From an uncultured Erysipelotrichaceae bacterium (GTDB lineage Bacteria > Bacillota_I > Bacilli_A > RF39 > UBA660): 64,000 bases of DNA. The position numbers and the translations under genes were made by a program. The notes below the pieces were generated by a model. It ran no database searches. It was not told where the DNA came from and worked only from the letters and a program-made list of their open reading frames with translations. The stretch spans positions 3,278 to 67,277 of the forward strand of contig CACZST010000036.1 of NCBI GenBank assembly GCA_902783895.1. Reading direction: 5' to 3'. This document shows positions 19,232 to 28,911 of the stretch, one piece after another (the first letter of the stretch is position 1; every line of letters begins with the position of its first letter).

Positions 19232-19261
19232 ATTTTACTATAATAAGGGCTTTTTTGTAAA
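19232..19261 (-). promoter_or_regulatory. putative dcw (mraZ) promoter
   Basis: Minus strand TTTACA - 18 nt - TAAAAT immediately upstream of the first GTGG box. Confidence 0.4.
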
Positions 19262-19318
19262 TAGAATATACTATCTTTTGTTTTTTATAGAGTATATTTT
19301 ACATTTTTTGATATAAAA

Positions 19319-19338
19319 AAGAAGTCGTTTGACTTCTT
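19319..19338 (-). terminator. rho-independent terminator after micro-ORF
   Basis: aagaagtc-gttt-gacttctt, with a T-run on the - strand (plus A-run 19315..19320). Confidence 0.6.
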
Positions 19339-19465
19339 AATAGTAAAGATATGAACCTAGTAAAATAGCTAAAAGAATATAGAGAACTAGGATAATTAAA
19401 TAGCCATTACTAGAACCAGATGTAGGTTGCACTACTGGTTTTTCACATGAATTGTTACAAGCCAT
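19337..19465 (-). CDS. 42-aa YjcZ-like small hydrophobic (sporulation-type) peptide
   Basis: Below the ORF-track cutoff. Own translation: MACNNSCEKPVVQPTSGSSNGYLIILVLYILLAILLGSYLYY. GGAG RBS upstream and a terminator downstream. Confidence 0.5.
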   Translation of the reverse strand: MACNNSCEKPVVQPTSGSSNGYLIILVLYILLAILLGSYLYY

Positions 19466-19487
19466 AGATTAACTCCTTTCTAGGCGT

Positions 19488-19571
19488 TTATATATATGCC
19501 CCAAGTATGATTATTAAAAGAATAAACAAAACTAGTATAATAGCTGCAGAACTTATTCCTGTATTACACAT
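19488..19571 (-). CDS. 27-aa YjcZ-like small hydrophobic (sporulation-type) peptide
   Basis: Own translation: MCNTGISSAAIILVLFILLIIILGAYI. GGAGG ~9 nt upstream. Resembles the 'ALIVVLFILLIIVG' core of the YjcZ family (from memory). Confidence 0.5.
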   Translation of the reverse strand: MCNTGISSAAIILVLFILLIIILGAYI

Positions 19572-19706
19572 ATAAATCATCCTCCTTTTTGTCTTTTCAC
19601 ATTATTTTATGGAAAAATGCAAAATACGTGATAGGTTTACGTGGAAATATTGTGAAAAATATTGTTTTTTCTTTGAAAATTTGCTATTATTGATTATGTA
19701 AAAGTT

Positions 19707-20732
19707 ATGAAAGGAAGATTAAAATTGAATAAGAAATTATTGACTATTGGTGCTGCTGCTATATTACTTTTAACTGGTTGTGGACATTCTACAACATTAA
19801 AAGATGGCAAGGATGTTGTTGCTAAGTTAGATGGTAAAACAATTACTGCTGAGGATCTTTATGATGAACTAAAAAAACAAGGTGGTAATGTTACTTTAAC
19901 TAATATGATTGATGATTATATTTTAAATAAAGAATATAAAACTGATGATGATGCTAAATCATATGCAGATTCTCAACTTAAAGCATATAAACAATCATAT
20001 GAAAGTTATGGTAAAAACTTTAATGATGCTTTAAAAAGTGCTGGGTATGAAAATGAAGATGCATTTAAAGAGTCACTAATATTAGAATACAAGAAGAAGG
20101 AAGCTACTGAAGATTATATTAAGAAAAATATTTCTGATAGCGAAATAAAAAAATATTATGATGATAATATTTTTGGAGATTTAGAAGTTAAACATATTTT
20201 AATTAGTCCAAATACTAAAGATGATATGTCTGATGAGGAAAAGAAAAAAGCTGAAGAACAAGCTAAAAAAGATGCTGAAGAAATTATTAAAAAATTAGAT
20301 GATGGTGAAAATTTTGATGATTTAGCTAAAGAAAAATCTGATGATTCGGGTACTGCTTCAAATGGTGGTAAACTTACTGCTACTTATGGTGAAGTTGAAC
20401 AAGCTTTCTGGGATGCTGCTGATAAGTTAAAAGATAATACTTATACTACTGTTCCTGTTGAAACTCAATATGGTTATCATATTATATACAGAATTAAACA
20501 AGATGCTAAACCTGAATTAAGTAAGGTTAAAGATACTATTATTGAAAAATTAGTAGAGCAAAAAATGAATGATGATCCTTCAATTGAAACTAAAGCAATG
20601 GTTGAACTTAGAAAGAAATATAAATTAGAAATTTCTGATAGTGATATAAAGAAAAATTATGATAATAGTATAAATAGTATACTTAATTCTTCTAATAATA
20701 ATTCTGATACTAGTACATCAACAAATAATTAA
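19707..20732 (+). CDS. prsA: foldase lipoprotein PrsA (parvulin-type peptidyl-prolyl isomerase)
   Basis: Lipobox 'LLLTGCG'. Parvulin core 'VKHILIS...' and 'ETQYGYHIIYRI'. Confidence 0.8.
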   Translation: MKGRLKLNKKLLTIGAAAILLLTGCGHSTTLKDGKDVVAKLDGKTITAEDLYDELKKQGGNVTLTNMIDDYILNKEYKTDDDAKSYADSQLKAYKQSYESYGKNFNDALKSAGYENEDAFKESLILEYKKKEATEDYIKKNISDSEIKKYYDDNIFGDLEVKHILISPNTKDDMSDEEKKKAEEQAKKDAEEIIKKLDDGENFDDLAKEKSDDSGTASNGGKLTATYGEVEQAFWDAADKLKDNTYTTVPVETQYGYHIIYRIKQDAKPELSKVKDTIIEKLVEQKMNDDPSIETKAMVELRKKYKLEISDSDIKKNYDNSINSILNSSNNNSDTSTSTNN

Positions 20733-20737
20733 AAAGT

Positions 20738-21508
20738 TCATTTTACTGAACTTTTTTTGTTTATATAATTATTTATTTCTTCGATGGTAAATCCTTTACT
20801 ATATAATTTAGCTTTTAATTTTTGACTAAAGTTTTGGGGATTTTTTTTAATTAATTTATTGTATATTTTATCCATTTCACTCGTTAAATCATTTTCTTTA
20901 AAGGTATGTTTTTCTAAATTTCGGTTTATATCTTCTATTTCATATCCTTGGTTTATTAAATAAGCGGTTATTTTTTGTTTTAAAATGACATTTGTATTTT
21001 TGGTGTTAGATTTTATTTTCTTTTCGATTATTTTATTTATATGTGAATCAATTATTTTCGGATCAATATTATTAATAGCATTTTCGATATACTCATTTTT
21101 GATATGATGTTTTTGAAGGTTATTTTTTATTTTAGCGGGTCCATCGCTTGTTAAATGTATTTTATCGTTTGTATATGCTTGAGCAAATCTTTCGTCATCT
21201 AATAATCCAACTTTAATTAAGTTATTTATGATTTTCTCTTCGTATTCTTTACTTACATTTTCTTTAGTTAGGTATTTTTTTATTTCATATATACTTTTTA
21301 ATCTGGTGTTTATCATTTTAACAACTTTATTATATTTTTCATAATATTCAGTATCATTTTGAATTTTATTTAATAAGGTTTGGTCTAACCTTTTATGGTA
21401 TAAAAGTCCATAATCTAATATGACACTATCATATGTGGTGATTATTTCACCAGTATCTAGAATTAATTTATATTTGGAACCTGATTTAGTTATTTTTTCT
21501 ATTTTCAA
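20738..21508 (-). CDS. recX: recombination regulator RecX
   Basis: Three-repeat helical RecX-like architecture, 'LLDDERFAQAYTNDK'. Confidence 0.65.
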   Translation of the reverse strand: MKIEKITKSGSKYKLILDTGEIITTYDSVILDYGLLYHKRLDQTLLNKIQNDTEYYEKYNKVVKMINTRLKSIYEIKKYLTKENVSKEYEEKIINNLIKVGLLDDERFAQAYTNDKIHLTSDGPAKIKNNLQKHHIKNEYIENAINNIDPKIIDSHINKIIEKKIKSNTKNTNVILKQKITAYLINQGYEIEDINRNLEKHTFKENDLTSEMDKIYNKLIKKNPQNFSQKLKAKLYSKGFTIEEINNYINKKSSVK

Positions 21509-21720
21509 TGTTATACCTCCTTTAGGTTATTTAATTTTAATTATTTCCCAATTAAAATATACAATATTTTAAGGTTTAAGGCAAATGATTAATTATGGTA
21601 AATTTATATGTCTTTCTTTTAAAATACATGCATTTTAAAGTTATTTTTTACTTTATTTTTTGTATTTTTAATTTATAACTTTATTTAAATAGACAAAATT
21701 AAAAAGATCAAAATGATCTT

Positions 21721-22275
21721 TTAAAATTTAACTTGTGGTGTTTCTTTTTCTTTTTCAGTAGCTTCAAAGAATTCTTCTGGTTTGAAACCAAACATACTAG
21801 CAACTATATTTGATGGGAACATCTCAAGTTTGTTTTTGTATGCGAGAACACTGTCGTTATAAAATTGACGAGCATATGATATTTTATCTTCTGTTTCTTT
21901 TAAGTTACTTTGTAAATCTAAAAAGTTTGTATTAGCTTTTAAATCTGGATAAGCTTCTGCGACAGCGAATAAATGTGTTAAAGCGTCTGTCAAAACATTA
22001 GCACTTTCAATTTCTTCGGCTTGAGTTTTAGCGTCAACTGCATTATTTCTAGCGGCAATAACAGCATTTAATGTTTCTTTTTCATGAGTTGCATATCCTT
22101 TTACAGTTTCAACAAGGTTTGGGATTAGATCATTTCTTCTTTTTAATAAAACATCAATTTGAGACCATTGATCTTTTACCTTATTTCTTAAACTTACTAA
22201 ACTGTTGTATGAAGTGATTACAAAAACAATTAAAATTAAAACAATAACTCCAATAATAATTAAAGCTGTAGTCAT
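21721..22275 (-). CDS. lemA: LemA family membrane protein
   Basis: N-terminal TM. '[33 protein letters not shown]', '[24 protein letters not shown]'. GGAGG 8 nt upstream of ATG 22275. Confidence 0.85.
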   Translation of the reverse strand: MTTALIIIGVIVLILIVFVITSYNSLVSLRNKVKDQWSQIDVLLKRRNDLIPNLVETVKGYATHEKETLNAVIAARNNAVDAKTQAEEIESANVLTDALTHLFAVAEAYPDLKANTNFLDLQSNLKETEDKISYARQFYNDSVLAYKNKLEMFPSNIVASMFGFKPEEFFEATEKEKETPQVKF

Positions 22276-22385
22276 AAATATAACCTCCATTCTGTTTATA
22301 ATTATACACTAAATAAATTTAAAAATAAATAAATTTGGATATTTTTCATTTTTTTTGACATATTATTATTGAAAGGAATGATTAA

Positions 22386-22583
22386 ATGATTAGAAATTAT
22401 ATTATTAGTAATTTTAAAGGTTTAAGCGGTGATGATATTAGAAAATCAATTGAGGAAAGTATTGAAGATGGTGATGATGAAACATTACCAGGTTTAGGAG
22501 TTTTATTTGAAATTTTTTGGAAAAATTCTGATAATGAAAAAAAGGAAAATATTTTAAATATTTTAAGTGCGAATATAAAATAA
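22386..22583 (+). CDS. sspI: small acid-soluble spore protein SspI
   Basis: 65 aa with 'LPGLGVLFEIFW', as remembered for Bacillus SspI. Confidence 0.65.
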   Translation: MIRNYIISNFKGLSGDDIRKSIEESIEDGDDETLPGLGVLFEIFWKNSDNEKKENILNILSANIK

Positions 22584-22602
22584 AAGCACTTTTTTTGTGC
22601 TT

Positions 22603-23346
22603 TTAACTACATTTAACATAATCTTCGAATTTCGGTGTAGAAAATACATCGTTTTTGTAAGTTACTTTATATGTTGATCCAGATACTTCTTTACCTTCAG
22701 CGCAGGCGTTTGATGTTGTTTGGAATGTAAATTGTCCTTCTGCTAAACTAATGCTTGAAGGGTTTAAGTCAGATGAAGAAATTGATTTTTTATTTCCATT
22801 TTTAGTAAATGCTTTATCCTTTATTTTTTCCTCAGTTAAGACTTTTTGAAGGCTATAAATAACTTTACCATCTGGGTTTACTGCTAGTAATTCTGTCTTA
22901 TTATTATTTGTATCTAAAATGAATAATTTACTGCCGGTAATATAGAATTTTACGGCAGCTACATTATAGACTTTTGATAATACTTTTTTATCATTAATAA
23001 TAATTCCAGCTTTTTTTTGATTTTTGTCAGAGGAAACGACTGTTATTTTTAATTTAGTATTATCCAGCGTGACATTATCAATATTGTACTGTGTATATCC
23101 TCCTTGGCAGCCAGCTTTAACTAGATTATTATAATCTTCTAAACTGACATTAAATATACATTTTGGATTTGTATTTGGATATGGATTAACATTTAATGAT
23201 TTGACACTACCTGGGCTAATATTTGTTTTTTTAGGGGCATTATTTAAAACAGAAAATGTTAATGCGATTAGTAAAATTACTAGTATTATAAGTAAAATAT
23301 AAATAAAAATAAATTGTTTTTTCTCCCTATTCATTCTTTTATTCAC
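22603..23346 (-). CDS. hypothetical membrane-anchored extracytoplasmic protein
   Basis: One N-terminal TM after a basic stretch. No known motifs. Confidence 0.4.
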   Translation of the reverse strand: MNKRMNREKKQFIFIYILLIILVILLIALTFSVLNNAPKKTNISPGSVKSLNVNPYPNTNPKCIFNVSLEDYNNLVKAGCQGGYTQYNIDNVTLDNTKLKITVVSSDKNQKKAGIIINDKKVLSKVYNVAAVKFYITGSKLFILDTNNNKTELLAVNPDGKVIYSLQKVLTEEKIKDKAFTKNGNKKSISSSDLNPSSISLAEGQFTFQTTSNACAEGKEVSGSTYKVTYKNDVFSTPKFEDYVKCS

Positions 23347-23388
23347 CTCTATTTTAATGATAACATAAATATTTTGAAAAATACAGTG

Positions 23389-26268
23389 TTAGTTTAGCTT
23401 TTGAATTTGACTAGCAATTACTTGCATTTGATCAAAGCGTTTTTCGACTCTTCCTTTGATATATAAAACATCGTTTTTTGAAATATTACTAACATTTTCA
23501 TATAATTTCGGGAAAACAACGATATCTGTTTTTTCTAGTTCATCACTTGCGGTTATGAACATCATTTTGTCTTGTTTTTTAGTTACAACTTCTTTTACTC
23601 TATCAACTGTAGCAATAATTTCAACCATTTTATCAAAATAATCATTTATGTCTTTTAAATTAATGATATTTTTATATTTTAATTTATATTCAGTCACAGG
23701 ATGATTTGATAGGTAAAAGCCATATGTTTGAAGTTCTAGGTTCATAAGTTCATTTTTAGAGTATTCTTGGTATATAGTTAATTCGGGTTTAAGGTTTTCA
23801 TTTAATAAGCCCCCTATTTCGCCATAATTTAAAATTATTTCTAGGTTTTCAATTAATGTTTTTTTATTAAGTCCAAAAAGGTCAAAAGCTCCAGCATAAA
23901 TTAATGATTCTATTGTTTTTTGGTTTACTGGTCCATTATAACATCTTGATGTAAAATCAAATATATCTTTAAATGGTCCTTCTTTTCTTTTTTCAAGTAT
24001 GTGTTTCGTTTGAACAGTTCCAACATTTTTAATGTTATTTAAAGGATATACGATATTGCCTTGGTAAATTATATAATTGTTTTCACTTATGTTTATGTTT
24101 GGTTTACTAATTTTTACTTTATTTAATTTACATTCATAAATATATTCTTTGGTTTTTTCTTCACTATTTATGGCAGATGATAGTAAGTTTCTCATAAATA
24201 TTTTAGGATAATGGGCTTTTAAATAAGCAAGACGATATGAAATCATAGCATAAGCAACTGAGTGAGATTTATTAAAACCATAATCAGCAAATTTAAATAT
24301 TAAGTTATATACTTCAGTTGCGACTTTTTCCTCGTATCCTTTTTTTATACTTCCTTCAATAAAATGAGCTTTTTCTTTTAGTAATATTTCTTCACTTTTT
24401 TTACTCATAGCTCTTCTTAATAAATCTGCCTGCGCTAGAGTATATCCAGCCATAAGTGATGCGATTTGCATAATTTGTTCTTGATAAATAATAATACCGT
24501 ATGTTGGTTTTAATATTTTTTCTAAATCAGGGTGAGGATATGTAACTTTTTCCTGACCATGACGGCGTCTTATATATGTATCAATGTTTCGCATTGGTCC
24601 AGGTCTAAATAAAGCTAAGGCGGCGACTATATCATCAAAACAGGCTGGTTTAAATTTCTTTAAGAAGTTTATCATCCCAGATGATTCAAACTGGAATATT
24701 CCAACGGTATCTACTTTGGTAAAAATATTTATCGCATCTTTATCATCTTCAGGTATGGTATCAAATGTTAAATCTGGAATTTCACTTAGAATGTTAGAGA
24801 TTAAACTTAGGTTTTTTAAGCCTAAGAAATCCATTTTTAGTAATCCTAATTTTTCTAAGTAATCTTTATCATATTCAGTTGCATACATGTCATTTAGGGT
24901 TTTATCAAGTGGTATATAATCATCTAAGTTATATTTTGACATTACAACACCTGCGGCATGAATTGAAGTATGACGTTTTAATCCTTCGAATTTTAAAGCA
25001 ATTTGATATATTTTTTTAAGTTCAGGATTAATTGATAAAAATTGTTTTATTTTAGGGTTTTCTAGGTTTTGTTTTAGATTTAATTTAGGATCTAACATTT
25101 TACTAAATATATCTGTAGTTTTTTGGTTTATTTCAAAGGTGCGGCATACATCTTTGATAGCTTGTTTAGCAGCTAAAGTTCCAAAAGTTACGATTAAAGC
25201 TACTTTTTTGTTTCCATATTTATTTATACAGTATTTGATAACATCTTCTCTTTTTATATCTTCAAAGTCGACATCAATATCAGGCATAGTTATTCTTTCA
25301 GGATTTAAAAATCTTTCGAATAATAATCCATATTTAATTGGATCAATGGTTGTGATGTTAAGGCAGTAAGCAACTAATGAACCGGCCGCACTTCCTCTAC
25401 CTGGTCCAACTAATATATTATTATTTTTGGCATAATTTATATAATCACTTACGATTAAAAAATAATTATTAAAGCCCATTTTGTTTATGACATTAAGTTC
25501 ATATTTTAATCTTTCAATATATATTCTTGGGGCTTTTTCACCAAATATTTTCTTTAACCCTTCGATACATTTCTTTTTAAGATATGTATAAGTATCTTCC
25601 TTAGTTTCATACACTGGTAGTAAGTCTTGATGAAATTTGATTTCTAAGTTACACATGTCTATTAGTTTATTTGAGGTCTCTTCATCATATTTTTTTAAAG
25701 GAATTAAACTACAGTTTTCATAGGTTTCGTTTATTTCTTTTATGGTTTTACCTTCTTTAATAGCTTTTAAGTATTTTAAATAAGGTTCATCTTCTTTGTT
25801 TAGGCATAATATGGGTTTAATATATACTTTATTATTTGAACTAATTAGTTTTCTTTCTTCTTCGTTTTCATAACCAATAAATACATTTTCATATATCTTT
25901 ATTATTTTTTGATAAAGGTTTCTTGATTTATATGGGATAACGCAAATTAAGTTATCTGAATATACTGTAAGATCATCAAGGGTTATATCTTTTTCTGATT
26001 TTATAGTTGTTAGTTTTATTAGATTATTATAACCTTCTTTATTTTTAGCGTATAATAAAATTACTTCAGGCAAATTAATTTCTAAACCAATTACTGGTTT
26101 AATACCGTTAGTGATGCATGTATCATAAAAATATGCGGCCCCATACATATTATTATCTACTATGGTTAATGCTTTTAGGTTTAATGTTTTAGCTACTTTA
26201 ATTAACTCTTCAATTTTTATCATGCTTGTTAGTAGGTAGTTATTTGTTTTTATGTTTAATGGAGTCAC
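23389..26268 (-). CDS. dnaE: DNA polymerase III alpha subunit, DnaE type
   Basis: N-terminal PHP domain. 'GPGRGSAAGSLVAYCLNIT', 'MPDIDVDF', 'FNKSHSVAYA'. Confidence 0.95.
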   Translation of the reverse strand: MTPLNIKTNNYLLTSMIKIEELIKVAKTLNLKALTIVDNNMYGAAYFYDTCITNGIKPVIGLEINLPEVILLYAKNKEGYNNLIKLTTIKSEKDITLDDLTVYSDNLICVIPYKSRNLYQKIIKIYENVFIGYENEEERKLISSNNKVYIKPILCLNKEDEPYLKYLKAIKEGKTIKEINETYENCSLIPLKKYDEETSNKLIDMCNLEIKFHQDLLPVYETKEDTYTYLKKKCIEGLKKIFGEKAPRIYIERLKYELNVINKMGFNNYFLIVSDYINYAKNNNILVGPGRGSAAGSLVAYCLNITTIDPIKYGLLFERFLNPERITMPDIDVDFEDIKREDVIKYCINKYGNKKVALIVTFGTLAAKQAIKDVCRTFEINQKTTDIFSKMLDPKLNLKQNLENPKIKQFLSINPELKKIYQIALKFEGLKRHTSIHAAGVVMSKYNLDDYIPLDKTLNDMYATEYDKDYLEKLGLLKMDFLGLKNLSLISNILSEIPDLTFDTIPEDDKDAINIFTKVDTVGIFQFESSGMINFLKKFKPACFDDIVAALALFRPGPMRNIDTYIRRRHGQEKVTYPHPDLEKILKPTYGIIIYQEQIMQIASLMAGYTLAQADLLRRAMSKKSEEILLKEKAHFIEGSIKKGYEEKVATEVYNLIFKFADYGFNKSHSVAYAMISYRLAYLKAHYPKIFMRNLLSSAINSEEKTKEYIYECKLNKVKISKPNINISENNYIIYQGNIVYPLNNIKNVGTVQTKHILEKRKEGPFKDIFDFTSRCYNGPVNQKTIESLIYAGAFDLFGLNKKTLIENLEIILNYGEIGGLLNENLKPELTIYQEYSKNELMNLELQTYGFYLSNHPVTEYKLKYKNIINLKDINDYFDKMVEIIATVDRVKEVVTKKQDKMMFITASDELEKTDIVVFPKLYENVSNISKNDVLYIKGRVEKRFDQMQVIASQIQKLN

Positions 26269-26408
26269 GCTATCACCTTCCTTTTTATATTTTACTATTA
26301 ATATTAAAAAAATTAAATAAAAAGTACAATTTTCTTTTGAATATTTGACTTGAGACTTAAAATATGGTAAAGTTATATTCGATGAAAAAAAACTTAAGGA
26401 GGGATATT

Positions 26409-26582
26409 ATGGCAAGAAAAGCAACAGATAGAAAACCTTTATTTGGTAATCGTCGTTCACACGCTTTAAATGCGACTAGACATGCATTTAAAACTAATTT
26501 ACAAACTGTAAAAATTGGTGGTAAACAATATAGAGTTACTGCTAGAGAGCTAAGAACTTTAAAAAAAGTTTTAGCTGACTAA
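26409..26582 (+). CDS. rpmB: 50S ribosomal protein L28
   Basis: 'MARKATDRKPLFGNRRSHALNATRHAFKTNLQ'. AGGAGGG RBS. The track start at 26364 is an extension. Confidence 0.9.
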   Translation: MARKATDRKPLFGNRRSHALNATRHAFKTNLQTVKIGGKQYRVTARELRTLKKVLAD

Positions 26583-26605
26583 TCCAGTGTTTGCTGGATT
26601 TTTAT
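26582..26605 (+). terminator. rpmB terminator
   Basis: atccag-tgtttg-ctggat followed by tttttatttt. Confidence 0.7.
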
Positions 26606-26642
26606 TTTATATTAAAGCACAAAAAAAGAAAGCACAAAAAAA

Positions 26643-26670
26643 GCCATGATATGGGAGAGAGAGTCATGGC
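26643..26670. terminator. bidirectional hairpin downstream of the histidine kinase gene
   Basis: gccatga ... tcatggc flanked by an A-run (5') and a T-run (3'). Confidence 0.5.
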
Positions 26671-26672
26671 TT

Positions 26673-27941
26673 TTATTTTATTATAAAACATATCCCGACC
26701 TTTTCGTTTTTGATGCTTACATCGTACCCCAACAGCAATAAGGTTTGTTTAACGATTGATAAGCCTAATCCGAACTGTCCATTGATACCTTTTTTATAAG
26801 GAGTAAACATATCATCTAGGATGTTTTCATCGATTGCCTGTCCATCGTTATAAAAATATATACGGTGGGAGCGGACGGTTATTTTTATCGTTTTATCGGC
26901 ATAGCGAATAAAATTACTTAAGATATTATCGATGATGGCTTCCCACATTGTTTGGGAACCATTAAAAGTTGTTTTGGTATCATAAATCTTTAGATGCCAT
27001 TGGACATCAGGTCGGGTAACTTTGAATTTCGATACAGAGTTGTTTAACATTTCAACAATGTCAACAGTAACGTGTTTATAATTATCTGTATCTTTTGTAT
27101 TTTTGTAGTATATTAATTTGTTTAAGTATAGTAAGGAGTGTACTTTTATTTCTAATTTTTCTATTTCTTGTTTAATTATTTTTAAACCTGTTTTTTCGTC
27201 TTGAACGCCATCTTCTATTGCTTCTATATATGATTTTACAACGGTGAGAGGAGTTTTAAAATCATGTGAAATATTTTGATACATTTGGTTTTTGTATTCG
27301 TCTTGTTTATGGAGAGTAATTTTCATTTCATCAATAGCGTTGCTCAAGACTTTCAATTCATCATTGAATTTATCGTTATATTTATCTATAAAGTCGTCAT
27401 TGTCTAAGTTGTCAATTTTATCTTTTAGGTGCTTAATTCTTCCGGCAAGTGACTGGCTCCAAACAGCTACAATGATTAAAATCATTAGTAAGGTTACTAT
27501 AAGGACAGGGAACAATGCCTCCAGGATATCAGCACGCATTTTTCGAACATATTCATCATTGGTAATAGCTATTTTATAACTATTATCATCTTTGATGGCA
27601 CTATAATAATATGTTCGACCACGGTATGTAAATTTACCGTTTGGTTTTTTTATCTTTTTTATTATCTGTTTAGCCGGTATATCTATTACTTTTTTTAGGT
27701 TGCTTGAGGTTGTAAGTAAGTCGTTTTCTTTATATATGAATGCAACTGAAGTATCAATTTTACTAAGGTTTATGTCATTTCTAACGACTTCTAATGGTGT
27801 TTGTAAGTAAAGATATATATTTTTTTCGTAAAATGGGATTAACGTTTTAGGAATTACGACTGCCACGATTATATATATTAAAGCAAATATGATACAAACA
27901 ATGGTTAGTATTTGCCGATATAAGTTATGTGTTAATTTCAT
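26673..27941 (-). CDS. sensor histidine kinase
   Basis: Two TM segments. H-box 'ISHDFKTPLT', N-box 'NILSNFIRYA', G2 'GLGLSIV'. Overlaps the RR gene by 4 nt. Confidence 0.85.
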   Translation of the reverse strand: MKLTHNLYRQILTIVCIIFALIYIIVAVVIPKTLIPFYEKNIYLYLQTPLEVVRNDINLSKIDTSVAFIYKENDLLTTSSNLKKVIDIPAKQIIKKIKKPNGKFTYRGRTYYYSAIKDDNSYKIAITNDEYVRKMRADILEALFPVLIVTLLMILIIVAVWSQSLAGRIKHLKDKIDNLDNDDFIDKYNDKFNDELKVLSNAIDEMKITLHKQDEYKNQMYQNISHDFKTPLTVVKSYIEAIEDGVQDEKTGLKIIKQEIEKLEIKVHSLLYLNKLIYYKNTKDTDNYKHVTVDIVEMLNNSVSKFKVTRPDVQWHLKIYDTKTTFNGSQTMWEAIIDNILSNFIRYADKTIKITVRSHRIYFYNDGQAIDENILDDMFTPYKKGINGQFGLGLSIVKQTLLLLGYDVSIKNEKVGICFIIK

Positions 27942-28591
27942 GACAATCTATATCCAAAGCCATATACGGTTTTTATTCTAAGTTTAGGCATTTTCTTTCT
28001 GAGTCTTCTAACCAAATCGTCTACTACTCTATCGTTTCCAAAGTAATCATCACCCCAAATCGTTTCGAGAATATGATTTCGGCTAAAAGATTTATTTAAA
28101 TTTTTGATAAACATGACAAGGAGGTCAAATTCAAGAGTTGTGAGAGAGATTTCATTATTATTTTCTTTGACTACTCTTTTGTCAATGTTTATTTCATAAT
28201 CATTATAATTTATTTTCTCAGTTTCTTTTGCATAGGTTCGTTTTATTAAGTTATTGACCCGTAAGACTAATTCTTTGGGAGAATAAGGTTTAGTAACGTA
28301 ATCATCACTTCCTAACTCCAAACCTATTATTTTGTCTAAATCTTGGTCTCTAGCGGATGTGAATATGACAGGTACATTATTATTTTCTCTTATCGATTTT
28401 ATAATATCATAACCGCTGACATTGTCACCAAGCATAATATCAAGAATCCACAAGTCGGTTTTATCTTTTGTATGTTCTAATGCATCTTGTCCGCTGAAGT
28501 ATTGAGTAACTTCGTAACCAGCTCTTTCTAAATATGACTTAATTAAATTATTCAAATTTTGTTCATCTTCGACTAAACAAATTTTATACAT
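27938..28591 (-). CDS. OmpR-family response regulator
   Basis: Receiver 'LVEDEQ...DIMLGD' and winged-helix C-terminus 'IKTVYGFGYRL'. Confidence 0.9.
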   Translation of the reverse strand: MYKICLVEDEQNLNNLIKSYLERAGYEVTQYFSGQDALEHTKDKTDLWILDIMLGDNVSGYDIIKSIRENNNVPVIFTSARDQDLDKIIGLELGSDDYVTKPYSPKELVLRVNNLIKRTYAKETEKINYNDYEINIDKRVVKENNNEISLTTLEFDLLVMFIKNLNKSFSRNHILETIWGDDYFGNDRVVDDLVRRLRKKMPKLRIKTVYGFGYRLS

Positions 28592-28675
28592 TTTATCGCC
28601 TCATATATATTATATCATTTTTTCAGGGTTTGTTCATATATCACTTCCTTTCAAGGGAGAGACCAATGAATTATG

Positions 28676-28780
28676 AGGCTTTTTTCAATCCGACTAAATC
28701 AGATTCATACTTTTTTGGAAAAGTTGTTTATGCCTTACTTCTTGGCTCTGTAATAATGATACAAAAATAATGTGGTAATA
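28676..28780 (+). CDS. possible 34-aa peptide with hydrophobic tail
   Basis: Own translation: MNYEAFFNPTKSDSYFFGKVVYALLLGSVIMIQK. GGGAGAG lies 5 nt upstream of the ATG. Divergent from the RR/HK operon. Confidence 0.25.
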
Positions 28781-28911
28781 TTTTGATACAAATATGGGAA
28801 ATTGTGGGATATGGTGTTTTACATTATAAAATAAGACATTTTTATTTTATATTTTTTTATTTATTATTTTTTATGGATATTTGTGACGAAAAAAGATGAC
28901 AATTTAATCAT

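Noticed and set aside
28592-28660. LexA box in the response-regulator promoter, because it shares the 15-mer with the dinD promoter.
   Set aside because: Only the GAAC half-site is present (GAACAAACCCTG). The second arm is missing.
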